From NCBI GenBank assembly GCA_964016885.1, contig OZ024756.1, forward strand, positions 33,108,001 to 33,172,000: a stretch of 64,000 nucleotides of DNA, written 5' to 3'. The notes beneath the pieces are model-generated. The model saw nothing but the letters and a program-made list of their open reading frames with translations, ran no database searches and was not told the origin of the DNA. The position numbers were made by a program, and so were the translations under genes. The stretch's first letter is position 1. The number at the start of each line of letters is the position of its first letter. The stretch comes from Eledone cirrhosa. Taxonomy: Eukaryota. This document shows positions 15,146 to 27,716 of the stretch, piece after piece.

Positions 15146-15325
15146 TTGGCAGTATCAGTAGAGAGTCGGACGCCATGCTTTCCAGCATAGTTACGTCCCT
15201 TTACGGTCTTAGTTCAAATCCCGCCGAGGTTAACTTTGCCTTTCATCCTTACGGGGTCGATAAAATAAAGTACCAGTAATGTACTGGGTAAATGCTGGCC
15301 TTGTGACAAAAGTAGAAACAATTAT
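15146..15325 (+). mobile_element. SINE family A
   Basis: ttggcagtatcagtagagagtcggacgccatg..agttcaaatcccgccgagg..agtagaaacaatt. Confidence 0.9.
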
Positions 15326-15349
15326 ATGTATATATATATAAATATATAC

Positions 15350-15545
15350 AGATGAGATTCTACAGGACTAGAACTGTTTCAATCTTTATAAATCATCAGG
15401 AATCTCTGATTCCTGATGATTTCTAAAGAATGAAACGGTTCTAGTCCTGTAGAATCTCATCTATATTAAAACGGTTATACTCTGCTATGTATTGAGTACC
15501 TTACTTACTGTGATTACCTCCGATTCAACCCGGAATAACGTAAAT
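15350..15545 (+). mobile_element. TA-embedded family C, head-to-head double HHR fold-back
   Basis: Arms 15350-15404 and 15408-15462. Tail tatactctgctatgtattgagtaccttacttactgtg shared with 29955-30095 and 52646-52825. Confidence 0.8.
15408..15456 (+). ncRNA. Type I hammerhead ribozyme (GUA triplet)
   Basis: Stem I gattc/gaatc; CTGATGA at 15413; stem II ttc-taaa-gaa (first pair T.T); GAAA at 15432; stem III acgg/ctgt; GTA at 15449-15451. Mirror copy on the minus strand. Confidence 0.7.
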
Positions 15546-15567
15546 AGATATATATACATATATATAA

Positions 15568-15623
<56 letters not shown>

Positions 15624-15735
15624 AAAATATATATATATTATATATATTATATGTATATATATATATATTATATGTTATATGTATATATATATCTATTATA
15701 TGTTATATGTATATATATATATATATATACATATA

Positions 15736-15775
<40 letters not shown>

Positions 15776-15863
15776 CACACATATATTCATATCTATATAT
15801 ACACATATATTCATATATATATATATACACACACATATATTCATATATATATACACACACTTA

Positions 15864-15921
<58 letters not shown>

Positions 15922-16165
15922 TGTGTGTGTATCTATATATATATTTATAATATGAATTGCAAGAGTGTCGTTGGAGTATCAGGAGACCAGTTCTTTTATA
16001 GGAATATGCTGTGGCACAAATAGCAGATGAGATTAAGTAAATTGTAGTGTCGATAAATTTGAATAATTCCTTAATGGTTTAACAGCAGAGGCAACGGGCA
16101 ACGTTCTTGTGCCATGGCTTCAAACGAATATGGATAATTTTTTTATACATTATCACTATCATATG

Positions 16166-16353
<188 letters not shown>

Positions 16354-18285
16354 TATTTGTATATATAACAATTGTAACACAATAAATTGTGTCCAAATGC
16401 ATCACTGATTTTTCGTTTTATATTATATCTCACACTCTGCTCCGTAAGAACATAGAGTGCTTAACTGGCATACCCTCTATGGAAGCATCATAGCTCCCAT
16501 TAAACACACATATATATTTGTATATATATATATATATATACCCCTAATACATAATCACATTTCCTCTACATTGCATTTTGAAACGACGTGGCAGCGAAAA
16601 CAAATTGCAATTGTTTCCTATTCGGTTCCTTCCTTCTCATTTGAATATACCTTGGATGAGTGAATTATGGAGTGTTATTTAGTAATAACATTCTATGTAT
16701 AAGATATATTACTTTTCATTCCTTCTACTTATTTCTGCTTGTTCCACAAAGTAATACTTCCGTTTTCTATCCACCCTGATTATTCCAACTTATACATGTT
16801 CAGATAGCATCTAATTTTAAAGGTGTTATACTATATAATACAAATGTATGTCAGTATTTCTCTGAGCGTGTTGGTATATGTGTTCCTGCATGTGTTTACA
16901 TGTGTGTTGTGTAACTGTTTGTGATTGTGTTCCTATATGTGTTAGTGTGTGTGTCGGTGCGCATGTTAGTGCACATGTTAGGGAATATATTTTAACATAC
17001 GTTAGTGCGTGTCTTTTTGCATGTGTTTCTGCGTTTGTTACGCATGGATTTGTGCGAACGCTTTTACGTTCGTACATCTGAATTTGTTTTAGTACGTGTG
17101 TTTGTAATAGTCTCGGTATATCGATTAATTTTCTTAAATGATTCATCTTCATTTCAGTATCTCTTTTACTTCAATAGAATTCATCTAATCAAATACGATT
17201 GTCTGGGTGTGTTATTCCGGAGTTTCCATCTTAACAGTTCCTGTAAACTTACGTTCGTATGTCTTACTCCCCACTAATATTGAAATCAGAATATCTAAAT
17301 ATATGGGAGATGTTGTTGCTATGATCGACAACGCAAACGTTTATTTTAATATCTTCAGTAAATGAAAGTAATTTAGTGTCCGACTTTAAATTACCTTGAA
17401 AGCAATTTTCTTCTTTTATTATTATTATTATTTTTATTTGAAACCTTGTAATGCGCCGTTGTATCAGGTCACATGTACAAAATAAATGGGGAAGTATTTA
17501 TGTAGCTCTGCTCTAAATAATAAGTGACTCGATGCATAGACTGTGCTTAATGTGAGGTAGTATCAGATCCCATATGTCAAATGAAGGTGGAATATATTTA
17601 TTTCGTTGACGGAGAAAAATGCAAACGAATTGAATTCTAACATTTCTCCTAGTGCAGATAATGTGTTAGAAAGATTTGTTATATGTCTATGTTTACAAAA
17701 GAGACAAATTAACAACGCTTATTGTTCTAGCTGAAAACATCAAACGTACACGTAGACTTAGTCACACGTGCAGTAAAACACAAACGCGAGCACACACACA
17801 CATACATATACAGAAACACACAGGCATACATACACAGACACACGTAGTCGCAAACACAGAAACACGGACACAGACAAACAAAGATATACACTACATACAC
17901 ATATACACAGAAGCAGATACACATCATATATGCTATAAAGCATATTTCAATTTTGTCTTCCAACGTCTTCACAAGAAGATCATTAGCGTCTTTGATATCT
18001 GGAATATAAGAAATAAAATATTTTCTGGCTATAAGAGATTCCAGTAGGTTTCTATTGTGATATGATTAATCATACGATGATAACATTAGAGTTGTCATAA
18101 CACAACGAGTACAATCACCCTCAATGGAATAGTGAGTTACTCTTATCTAGATGTATTATATTTTAGGTCTATATATATTTGATCATTTGCATGATTGCTA
18201 TACTGTCAGTTTTTTTTTCGGGGAGAACGCGTGCAGGTGTATGTGTGGAAATGTGAATTTGGAGGTGAAGAATTCACACACACAT

Positions 18286-18352
<67 letters not shown>

Positions 18353-18489
18353 AAAGATTCGCAACGCTTCGGAACTTAGCCATACATCGGAAGATGGAAG
18401 GAAATATAGAAGAAAAGATAAAAGACAGTAAGCATAGGGAGAAACAGATAAATATTTATACACACTCACCTAAACAGAATATATATCAT

Positions 18490-18567
<78 letters not shown>

Positions 18568-18570
<3 letters not shown>

Positions 18571-18760
18571 AACGAGTAGGACTCCGACGGCTGAGCTCAA
18601 GCCGTTTCGACGGCTAATTCTGGCGTCCAGAATTAGCCATCGAAACGGCTCGAGCTCAGCCGTTGGGGTCCTACTCGTTCCTATTACCCACTCTACTACT
18701 CTAAGTATTGAGTACTTTGGTGCGGTATGGTCCACATGGTTCCTTACCACATTTCCTTCG

Positions 18761-18763
<3 letters not shown>
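18568..18763 (+). mobile_element. TA-embedded family B, best-preserved fold-back copy
   Basis: Arms of about 55 bp centred on ttctgg-cgt-ccagaa, then tattacccactctactactctaagtattgagtactttggtgcggtatggtcc..ccttcgtta-(TA)n. Confidence 0.85.
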
Positions 18764-18821
<58 letters not shown>

Positions 18822-18824
18822 TAT

Positions 18825-18981
<157 letters not shown>

Positions 18982-18983
18982 GT

Positions 18984-19033
<50 letters not shown>

Positions 19034-19149
19034 GTGTGTGCGTATGTGTGGGTGTGTGTTTGTGTGTGTGTGTCTGTATGTGTGTCTGCATTCACTTGTA
19101 TGTGTTTAACACACCACTGTAAATGGTAATGGTAAAAATGGGTAAAGAT

Positions 19150-19305
19150 CTAAAATAAAGTAAAATAATAGTTTCGCTAAAGGCTGTCAGAAACTAGAAG
19201 TTATTTCTGAAGTAATAATCCCAGATGGCATCTCTAGATCTAATTTCTTCGTTACATTATCATGTGGCTTGTGTATTAGAGTTTCCTTCACCAAGTGAAC
19301 TCACA
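19150..19305. repeat. Left arm of a diverged ~150-bp inverted duplication
   Basis: Reverse complement ggtgaaggaaactctaatacacaagccacatgataatgtaacgaagaaatta..cagcctttagcgaaac matches 20400-20550. Confidence 0.8.
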
Positions 19306-19520
19306 TGTTTCCACGAAAAATCTTAGTAAATATTTTCTTTTTATTTTCGGCACCATGGGAAATTGAGATGAATTTTTCTGTCCATAATATCGTATTTGAG
19401 CGAGTTGCAATATTTTTTTCTCAAGTTTTAACGTTAATCATAAAATAAGTGAAATATTATGAATTTCCTTTCAAAAATAATTTACATTTCACACTCCAAA
19501 ACACACACAAACACACACTC

Positions 19521-19580
<60 letters not shown>

Positions 19581-19584
19581 AAGG

Positions 19585-19631
<47 letters not shown>

Positions 19632-19632
<1 letters not shown>

Positions 19633-19725
19633 GAAGGAAATCATCAGGAAACTTTCCTAATGATTTCCTTCGAATGAAACAGTTCTAGACCTCTAGAATC
19701 TATTTCTATAATAAACATTGTATAT
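19632..19725 (+). mobile_element. Family C fragment with short fold-back
   Basis: gaaggaaatcatcaggaaa-c-tttcctaatgatttccttc-gaatgaaacagttctagacctctagaatc. Confidence 0.7.
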
Positions 19726-20399
19726 ATTGGTAAAACGCTGCCTATACACCACTAACCTTTTTCATGAAACTAATATATACAAAGTTGAAGATTTGCCCTC
19801 ATATCTGTGGTACGTCGTCTATTAATTTATAGTATCTCACTGATCATATTATTTACGTGAATATTTAACACATTTAATACAGGGAATAACCAATGTTAAC
19901 CCAGGCACATATTTGTATTATCTATCAGCGAGTGGAGGCCAAAATATTCTTCAAAATTTCAACTAAATCTGCTCGGTATAGGATTTCTAATCGATTTACC
20001 CAGCGTGTCAGTACCACTGTATTCCTTATGTATACTGTGTACAGTTTAATTTTTCATAAGGCGAATTCTGTATATAGCAATCATTTTAAAATGTAATTAT
20101 AGTTTGAAATTATTAAAATTCCAAATTCCAAATTCCAAAATCTATTAAAATATATGTGTATACCCTGTGATTTATATTTCTATCTTTTTCACTATTTTAT
20201 GGTAAATAGAAAATATGAAATCATCATAACCAACCTCATCATCATCGTCTTCTTCATTATTATCATTATTATTATCATTATTGTTGTTGTTGTTGTTGTT
20301 GTTTTTGTTGTTGTTGGTGGTGCTGTTGTTATTGTTATAGTTCCCCATGATAATAGAAAATATTTAAGAAGACGTTGGCTAAAAACATACAAAATAAAA

Positions 20400-20550
20400 T
20401 GAGTTCAGGTGGTGAAGGAAACTTCAATACACAAGCCACATGATAATGTGACGAAGAAATTAAATCCACACTTCCCATTTGGGATGAATATTACAGAAAT
20501 TATTTCTACTTTCTATCAGCCTTTAGCAAAACAATTATTAAACTTACCTT
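20400..20550. repeat. Right arm of the ~150-bp inverted duplication
   Basis: Matches the reverse complement of 19150-19305. Confidence 0.8.
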
Positions 20551-20645
20551 ATTATTCTGTCTTATTTTTTAAGTCGCTCACCATAGATCATTAAATGTAT
20601 ATATATAATATATATATACCATAGATCTTTAAATATATATATATA

Positions 20646-21545
20646 CTAGCAGCAGTACCCATCGTTGCCTGGGTAGGTAAAATAATATCTGCTTTGATGA
20701 AAAGGTGTTGATCTTAGCGACTGCTTCTCAATGACTCATCTATGGCCACACACAGACCATGCAGGTGACTGATGAAGGGGCACGCTCGAGGAGGGAGTTT
20801 CGAATTTGAGCGAAATCGGTTGAAAAATGTGGGAGCTAGAGCCGAAAAAGTGGAAATTTGAGTCTAAAATTGGTATGTTTTAATATTTAAGCGGCTGCCA
20901 CGCCGTCCCTGAACAACAAATCCAAAATATAAAGCCATTACAGGATGTGCAATGATAAATTCTATTTTGCTTTAAATTTGAATTAAATCGGTGGGAAAAT
21001 GTGGGAGCTAGAGCCGAAAAAGTGGAAATTTGAGTCTAAAATTGGTATGTTTTAATATTTAAGCGGCTGCCACGCCGTCCCTGAACAACAAATCCAAAAT
21101 ATAAAGCCATTACAGGATGTGCAATGATAAATTCTATTTTGCTTTAAATTTGAATTAAATCGGTGGGAAAATGTGGGAGCTAGAGCCGAAAAAGTGGAAA
21201 TTTGAGTCTAAAATTGGTATGTTTTAATATTTAAGCGGCTGCCACGCCGTCCCTGAACAACAAATCCAAAATATAAAGCCATTACAGGATGTGCAATGAT
21301 ACATTCTATTTTGCTTTAAATTTGAATTAAATCGGTGGGAAAATGTGGGAGCTAGAGCCAGAAATCTTATTTTTCGATACCTCAAAAATGGTGACCCTAT
21401 CGATTTTTTCTTCAGAATGACTCCTGAATAAAAGGTCGATACGCTGATACATAGAAAACACTCCCCGATGAGTAATCTTTCAGCCTGTAAAGTTTCATGA
21501 AAATCGGTCAGACATATACACACACATACTTAATTTTATACATAT
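20646..21545 (-). mobile_element. Non-autonomous Helitron
   Basis: Minus-strand 3' end: hairpin taccca/tgggta (20656-20675) then CTAG (20646-20649) followed by T. 5' region tataaaattaagtatgtgtgtgtatatgtctgaccgattttcatgaaacttt is typical of small invertebrate Helitrons. Confidence 0.75.
20813..21359. repeat. 172-bp tandem repeat (~3.2 copies) inside the Helitron
   Basis: gggagctagagcc recurs at 20831, 21003, 21175 and 21347; units are nearly identical. Confidence 0.97.
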
Positions 21546-21569
21546 ATATATATATATTTATATATATAT

Positions 21570-21674
<105 letters not shown>

Positions 21675-21684
21675 GATATATATT

Positions 21685-21759
<75 letters not shown>

Positions 21760-21761
<2 letters not shown>

Positions 21762-21952
21762 AAGTGGTTACACAACAGTTGGTTCACGATACTGAGAACA
21801 ATTGCTTCACTTTAGCGGATCCTCTGAGGATCCGCTAAGGTGAAACAATTGTTCCCGGTATGGTGAACTAACTGTTGTCTAACCACTCCTACCTAACTGG
21901 TCCCATGGACTGAGTGCTCTACCACTACGGATATTACCTTCCAGTGTCCTAC

Positions 21953-21957
<5 letters not shown>
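21760..21957 (+). mobile_element. TA-embedded family I, fold-back centred on the HHR core
   Basis: Arms of about 63 bp meeting at ggatcctc-t-gaggatcc; CTGAGGA at 21824; tcc-gctaa-ggt; GAAAC-aatt-GTT. Same family at 37324-37430. Confidence 0.8.
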
Positions 21958-21993
<36 letters not shown>

Positions 21994-22071
21994 AAAGAAA
22001 AACGGCGACTATGAATCAAACAACACAGAATAATGAAGAAAAATATTAGTTTAACTTTTGATATGACTGGT

Positions 22072-22112
22072 AGGAACGTTTACGTTTCGGACACTTATCC
22101 TTCATTAGAAGA
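22072..22112 (-). ncRNA. Degenerate hammerhead core
   Basis: Reverse complement ctaatga-agga-taagtg-tcc-gaaacgt-aa-acgtt. Core G5 mutated and stem I not evident. Confidence 0.4.
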
Positions 22113-22348
22113 TAAAATTAGAAATAATAGATGAAACCGGAACATGGAGTGTCAGAAGAAGGAACGGAAAAAAATAGTTTATATTCAATATAGATCTGTT
22201 ATTTTTCTTTATTTTTCTTAATTTAATATTTAAAGTTAAGGATAACAAACTATATTGCTGTAGTTAGTATTTTTCACCCTAGCAAATTTGGTCCTTACGA
22301 TTCGAACACACGTATGTTTATATTAGTGTTCAACTTTCTTGTTTATTC

Positions 22349-22450
<102 letters not shown>

Positions 22451-22550
22451 TATAGTAATAATAAAAGTGAAAACTAAAATCCGAAGAGAGCTCGAGTAGG
22501 ATTATATATATATATAATATATATATAAACCCGAGGAGCAAATATGTATT

Positions 22551-22642
22551 ATAAGAATAGATTAAAGTTTAAGAAAATCCCTACTTTCACCGTTAAGGGT
22601 TAAATCACCAATTCTTTGCTTAAACTTTAATCTGTTCTTATT
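22551..22642. mobile_element. Family E fold-back
   Basis: aagaatagattaaagtttaag..ttcacc-gttaa-gggt..cttaaactttaatctgttctt; axis at the putative stem II loop gttaa. Confidence 0.7.
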
Positions 22643-23496
22643 ATATATATATACGAATATATGTCTGTAAAATAGGACCGAATGTCAGAGATTTTGAATC
22701 CTAGAATTAGTAGAATCTTTGAAGTTATTTATTAAATGTTACTCAACACTACTGCACATGGTGTAATAATTTATATTATAGTACATATAATATCTCCAAA
22801 CACGAAATATTTTCAGCTCTATCGATAATATAATATTCCTGCAGAATTCTTACCACTTTAAATTTAATTTAGCCGCATTTAATAAACCAGAACATTTATG
22901 TATGAAAGCACAATATATCTATGTATAATATTGAATCATCAAAAGAGATTTTTAAGGAGTGTCACTGAATTGGTAAATTTTGTATAATTTGGTAGTTTAT
23001 ATGCAATGCGTGTGAATATTCTTGTTTTATATAGATGCTGTTCAACATGGTTCCACAGTGGCTTATGAGTGAGAACAAATAAAACTTACCGGATATTTTA
23101 TATCCGATTTTTCTATTGAACTAACAATATTCATATTCATAATCGATTGGTCGTTCGTTTCCTAGTCACATGATCAACTTATCTAGGGCTGCTCTGCTAC
23201 ATAAATGTCTATTGTTAGAATGTTTCGCGCTAACTTTTACAATATTTGCTTTTATGATCGCAAGCTCTCTTGTTATTCCTTTGTAGAAGCATTACAATAT
23301 TTTATATCTTTCGACGCGTTTGTCAAATACAGACATTTCTTCTTGTATAGACATAAACATTACGATCGCATTTATATATTTATATATCTATTTATTTATC
23401 TATTTATACATATATACATATATATATATATATGTGTGTGTGTCTGTGTATGTATGTGTATATATTATATATATATATATATATGTGTGTGTATGT

Positions 23497-23591
<95 letters not shown>

Positions 23592-24528
23592 GTGTGTGTG
23601 TGTGTTTGTTTGTATGTATATATGTATTTTTGTATATATTTCATGGAAGTTTCGCTTTCATATTCTATACTATTTTGATACCATTTTGTTACCATTTTTA
23701 TGACTATGCTTCCTTGGATTATAACGTGAATATAAATTATTACATTTTAGAATTGTATCGTATGTATACAGAAGTATCTTGACGTCAAGCAGATTCACGT
23801 TTCTATGCGTATGCCAATAGAAATTCGTATATTTTATCAATTATTTTACATTTCCGCCACTGCAGTGTAATGCAAAATGGAAACATAGTAATGTCTGTTT
23901 AATCATGTTGTGGATCTGTTTCACTTCTATAATAATATTTACAATGTGATAAATATGCATACTAAACCGGAAACATATTTTTATGTCAGTATAGCCGTTA
24001 TTGTTATATACATTTAAACATATTTTCGAAATTAACAACACAAAACTGAATTGCTGTACATAAAAACTTCTCCAACGAAATGGCATTATTCTGCACATTA
24101 AACTTACTAACAGGACCATTCGAAATTCCCTGCAGTAACTCAGGAACTTATTTTAAAATAGATAATTAAAAGGAATCAGTACCCAGTACTCTTGATATAT
24201 CTAAAGCTGGATGGTCAATGCCACAGTTTTTTTTATCACATTTTAGAAGCCCTTTACATGGAAACTCAATTATAATTTCAAATAGTATATAGAACATTAT
24301 ATAATAATAATAGATGGAGAACCGTAGTGTTCTCCTGCTCAACAAAGCTGTCGAATTATTATCAAATCATATTGTTTTGTATGTAAAAACAACATTTCCG
24401 AACCAATTATTCTACCCCTACAGCCGTGCATTTAAAAATAATTGCGTAAGGAAGATTCACAGGGGCGTAAAGATGTGCATTTTCCAGTAACACTATTTGC
24501 TGTGAAATCATTCTAAATGCACCCTAAA

Positions 24529-24640
24529 AGCATGTGGCTTAGTAGCTAGTGTGTTGCAGTCCCGATCATACCGCGAGCGTTTTGAATCTTCGGTTAGTTC
24601 GTTGTTTCCCTCAGCATTGCACATCATTTTATGTTGTATT
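24529..24640 (+). mobile_element. Degenerate tRNA/CORE-type SINE relic
   Basis: catgtggcttagtagctagtgtgttg..cgttgtttccctcagcattgcacatcattttatgttg resembles 49638-49720 and 56950-57085. Confidence 0.5.
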
Positions 24641-25125
24641 TCCTGATAGGTGTGAATACCTTCTCATTAAAAGACACAAAAGATTTCTATGAGATACAGG
24701 TCAACTATATCTATATTAGTGTGAGCTGTGAAACTCATTTTACATTTCATTTTCCCAAGCCATTTAGTGACTTAAAATTGGCCACATGGTAGTAGAGCAG
24801 AGCTGAAATGTAAAACTCCATTCTGCTATGACACACTTCCTACATCGGTATTAGATTCGAATTGCTGAACTTCAAGTGGGCGTATCTTTCGAGTATTAGC
24901 CTTCACGACTTCTACAATTTTTATATCCTCTTCCACAGTTGCTAGATATTTAAAGGATCTATATTACGTTCATCTATAGTCTTTTCGGCGAATTATTTTT
25001 CTCTTGTGAATTTTTTAGTAATCCCCCTAGCTTAGCCTGGTGACCTTGCAACTCTAAACGATAGGTATGTGTATGTAAGCATTTGAAACACAGGACGGAA
25101 TAACAACAGTGTGTGTATTTTCCCA

Positions 25126-25206
<81 letters not shown>

Positions 25207-25239
25207 TCTCTCCCTCTCTCTCTCTCTCTCTATCTCTCT

Positions 25240-25278
<39 letters not shown>

Positions 25279-25668
25279 ATATATATATATAAGTGCCTTA
25301 TACATTATTCATTAATACAGTTTTCCGACTTGTTTTATCCGTCTCAATGGACGACATTAGATTTCCAATTTACTCGAGAAATGCATTAGCAGGATAAATG
25401 AAATTAAAAAGTCACAATTGGGATTTTAAACTTGGACATAGAAGATTATTAAATATCTATCGAAGAAATCTTTTTTAACGATCGATATCAGCAACAGCAT
25501 TGCGGTCGTGAGCCCTATAATTGTAAAGAATTAAAGGGACTGCTGACGGGTTCGACCTTGATTATTCCAATTGTCAAATGAACGAAAATATTTGTTCATA
25601 TGTACCCTTATCTTAATGCTCAGTGACTTGCAATGTAATAGAGTATAGCAATGATGGCGTTTTAAATT

Positions 25669-25780
25669 AATAATTGTTTCTACTTTCGGCGGGATTTGTT
25701 ATTAGGGCGTACAGAACCGGAAAAGATACAGTATAGCATTGTATGCGATGCTCTAACCCCACTGCCAATTCGACGTCTAA
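25669..25780 (-). mobile_element. SINE family A, internally deleted and diverged
   Basis: taataattgtttctacttt|cggcgggattt..agcattgtatgcgatgctctaaccccactgccaatt. Confidence 0.7.
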
Positions 25781-26159
25781 TAAGATATACAAACGTAATA
25801 ATATAATTTAGAAATGTTGATTGATTACATAAAAACAAGATTGGAATGTATAGAGAGAAGAAAAATCGATCATATCTATTTCATAACTTAATTGTTTTTT
25901 TATTTTATTGATCCCAGAAGGATGAAATAAATGTTGGTCAAGGCGAGATTTATGGTCAGAAATGTTAAATAGACGTAGCTAAATGACATGAAGTGGTTTT
26001 TCCAAAATTTTATGAATTCTGAAACTCATTGAATGCTTGAAATCGCTCACCAATATACCACTCCAACGTCTACTCCCTATTTAACTCAATCCCTCCGGTG
26101 CTCTCGATCTCTCTTAAATATCACTACCACAGTGTTATATATATGTATATATATATATT

Positions 26160-26547
26160 GTTATACTTTGGGAGGGTCATGTTACCAATAAGAAACACAC
26201 GCACCAGGTGTTTTCACTTCAATTTATTATATATTTATAAATTTACAAATTCACAAATTTATAAATTTCTGGTTGGTTGGTTGGTTCCACAACCAGATAG
26301 TTGTTTATATATAGTCATAGTCCTTTCGTCACACACTATGTGACCTCTTCAGTGACTGGGGATTCCTTTCTTTGTTTCTGTGCCTCTCCTTTTTTCTCTG
26401 TCCTACGCCATTTTGTTTCTGTGTGTGTGTTGTGTGCTCAGTTTGCGCATGCGCCACATCCGGCAACATGACCCTCCCAAATTATAATAATATCGGTTTC
26501 AACACACGATTTCAGATAAAGAATCTTGCTAAACAAATTCAGAAACG

Positions 26548-26550
<3 letters not shown>
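26160..26550 (-). mobile_element. TA-embedded family F with HHR and terminal inversion
   Basis: gttatactttgggagggtcatgtt is inverted at 26463-26487. Homologous to 47622-48203 and 54453-54695. Confidence 0.8.
26314..26356 (-). ncRNA. Minimal type I hammerhead ribozyme (CUA triplet)
   Basis: Reverse complement gtca-CTGAAGA-g-gtcaca-tagtg-tgtgac-GAAAG-ga-CTA-tgac. Confidence 0.7.
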
Positions 26551-26588
<38 letters not shown>

Positions 26589-26618
26589 TGTTTCGCTCTA
26601 CATGGCTGAATACAATAA

Positions 26619-26924
26619 ATGTAATCTGAGGTTTTCGAATATTAATAATAACATTCGATGCGTTTGCAATTATGCAAACACGCCTCGTGGTTAACGCCAT
26701 GTCAGTAGAATGAACCCTTCATTCTTGCTCTTGTGTCGGCATGTAAACAGAACTACAGCCGCTAATGTTTCTGAGTATCAACCTTCATCATTAGTATCTG
26801 CAGTTCTGTTTACATGCCAACACGAGAGTAAGAATGGAAGGGTTCATTCTACTCACATGGACTGTTTGCATAATTGCAAATGAATCGAATGTTAGTATTA
26901 ATATTCGAAAAACCCAGAATACAT
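26619..26924. mobile_element. Fold-back element G (~140-bp arms)
   Basis: ttcgaatattaataataacattcgat..tgcaattatgcaaaca..gtagaatgaaccctt..ggcatgtaaacagaact is inverted at 26790-26924. Confidence 0.85.
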
Positions 26925-27102
26925 ATATATATATGTAGAGGTTATATTTAATTTGTTGGGATACAAAAGCAAAATATTTTTATAACTGATATAAAGCACT
27001 CAACAAATTATTGGAGTAAATAATATCCAGGAGATTCCAACCAGAATGGTTGCATTTTTTCAGAGTATGTCAATATTTATTCATAAAACTAAACTATATT
27101 AT

Positions 27103-27166
27103 ATTTTATCTGATGAAAGCGCACCATAGTTTGCCTTGGTGGCCCTTGAAATATGTATAATGAAAT
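27103..27166 (+). ncRNA. Type I hammerhead ribozyme-like motif (AUA triplet)
   Basis: Stem I attttat/atgaaat; CTGATGA at 27110; stem II aag..cacca/tggtg..ctt; GAAA at 27148; at-atgt-ATA. 3' half repeated at 61328-61388. Confidence 0.65.
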
Positions 27167-27255
27167 AAATATGATTTTATAAATATAGTTTCTATTTGTT
27201 AATATAGTTTCCATTTGTTAATAGATTGTATATATATATATATATATGTCTGTGT

Positions 27256-27296
<41 letters not shown>

Positions 27297-27645
27297 TGTG
27301 TGTGTGTCTGTGTGTGTTTTTGTGTGTGTCCAAAGGTGGGCTGAACATTTCATAGGCAGAGTAATAAGGATTGATGCGAGAGCTGTGAAATATTGCATGT
27401 ATTAATTTAACTCTTCCTATGGATAATAACTGCATTGATTCTTTCTAGATATGATGTTGATAAATAAACCTCATTTGGTCATTCCAAGAGAGTATCTTGG
27501 GCAGCCTATGCAACTTTCAGCTGACCCGCATATATATACTTTTCCGGATACCATATAGCGAACCACGGCGTTGATTGATTAAGCTGGAACCTAGCATAGA
27601 TTGGTGACCTAAATTATCAACAAATTACTATACGGATATATATGC

Positions 27646-27716
<71 letters not shown>

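Noticed and set aside
17935-17998. Possible minus-strand exon (acceptor ttcttatattccag, peptide IKDANDLLVKTLEDKIE)
   Set aside because: No clear donor, no recognisable homology; frame runs into (TG)-rich repeat. Needs RNA-seq.
20769-20825. CTGATGA ... GAAA inside the Helitron
   Set aside because: Stem II does not abut the core and there is no stem I pairing
21224-21523. 99-aa minus-strand ORF in the Helitron
   Set aside because: No Rep/helicase motifs; runs into the tandem repeat
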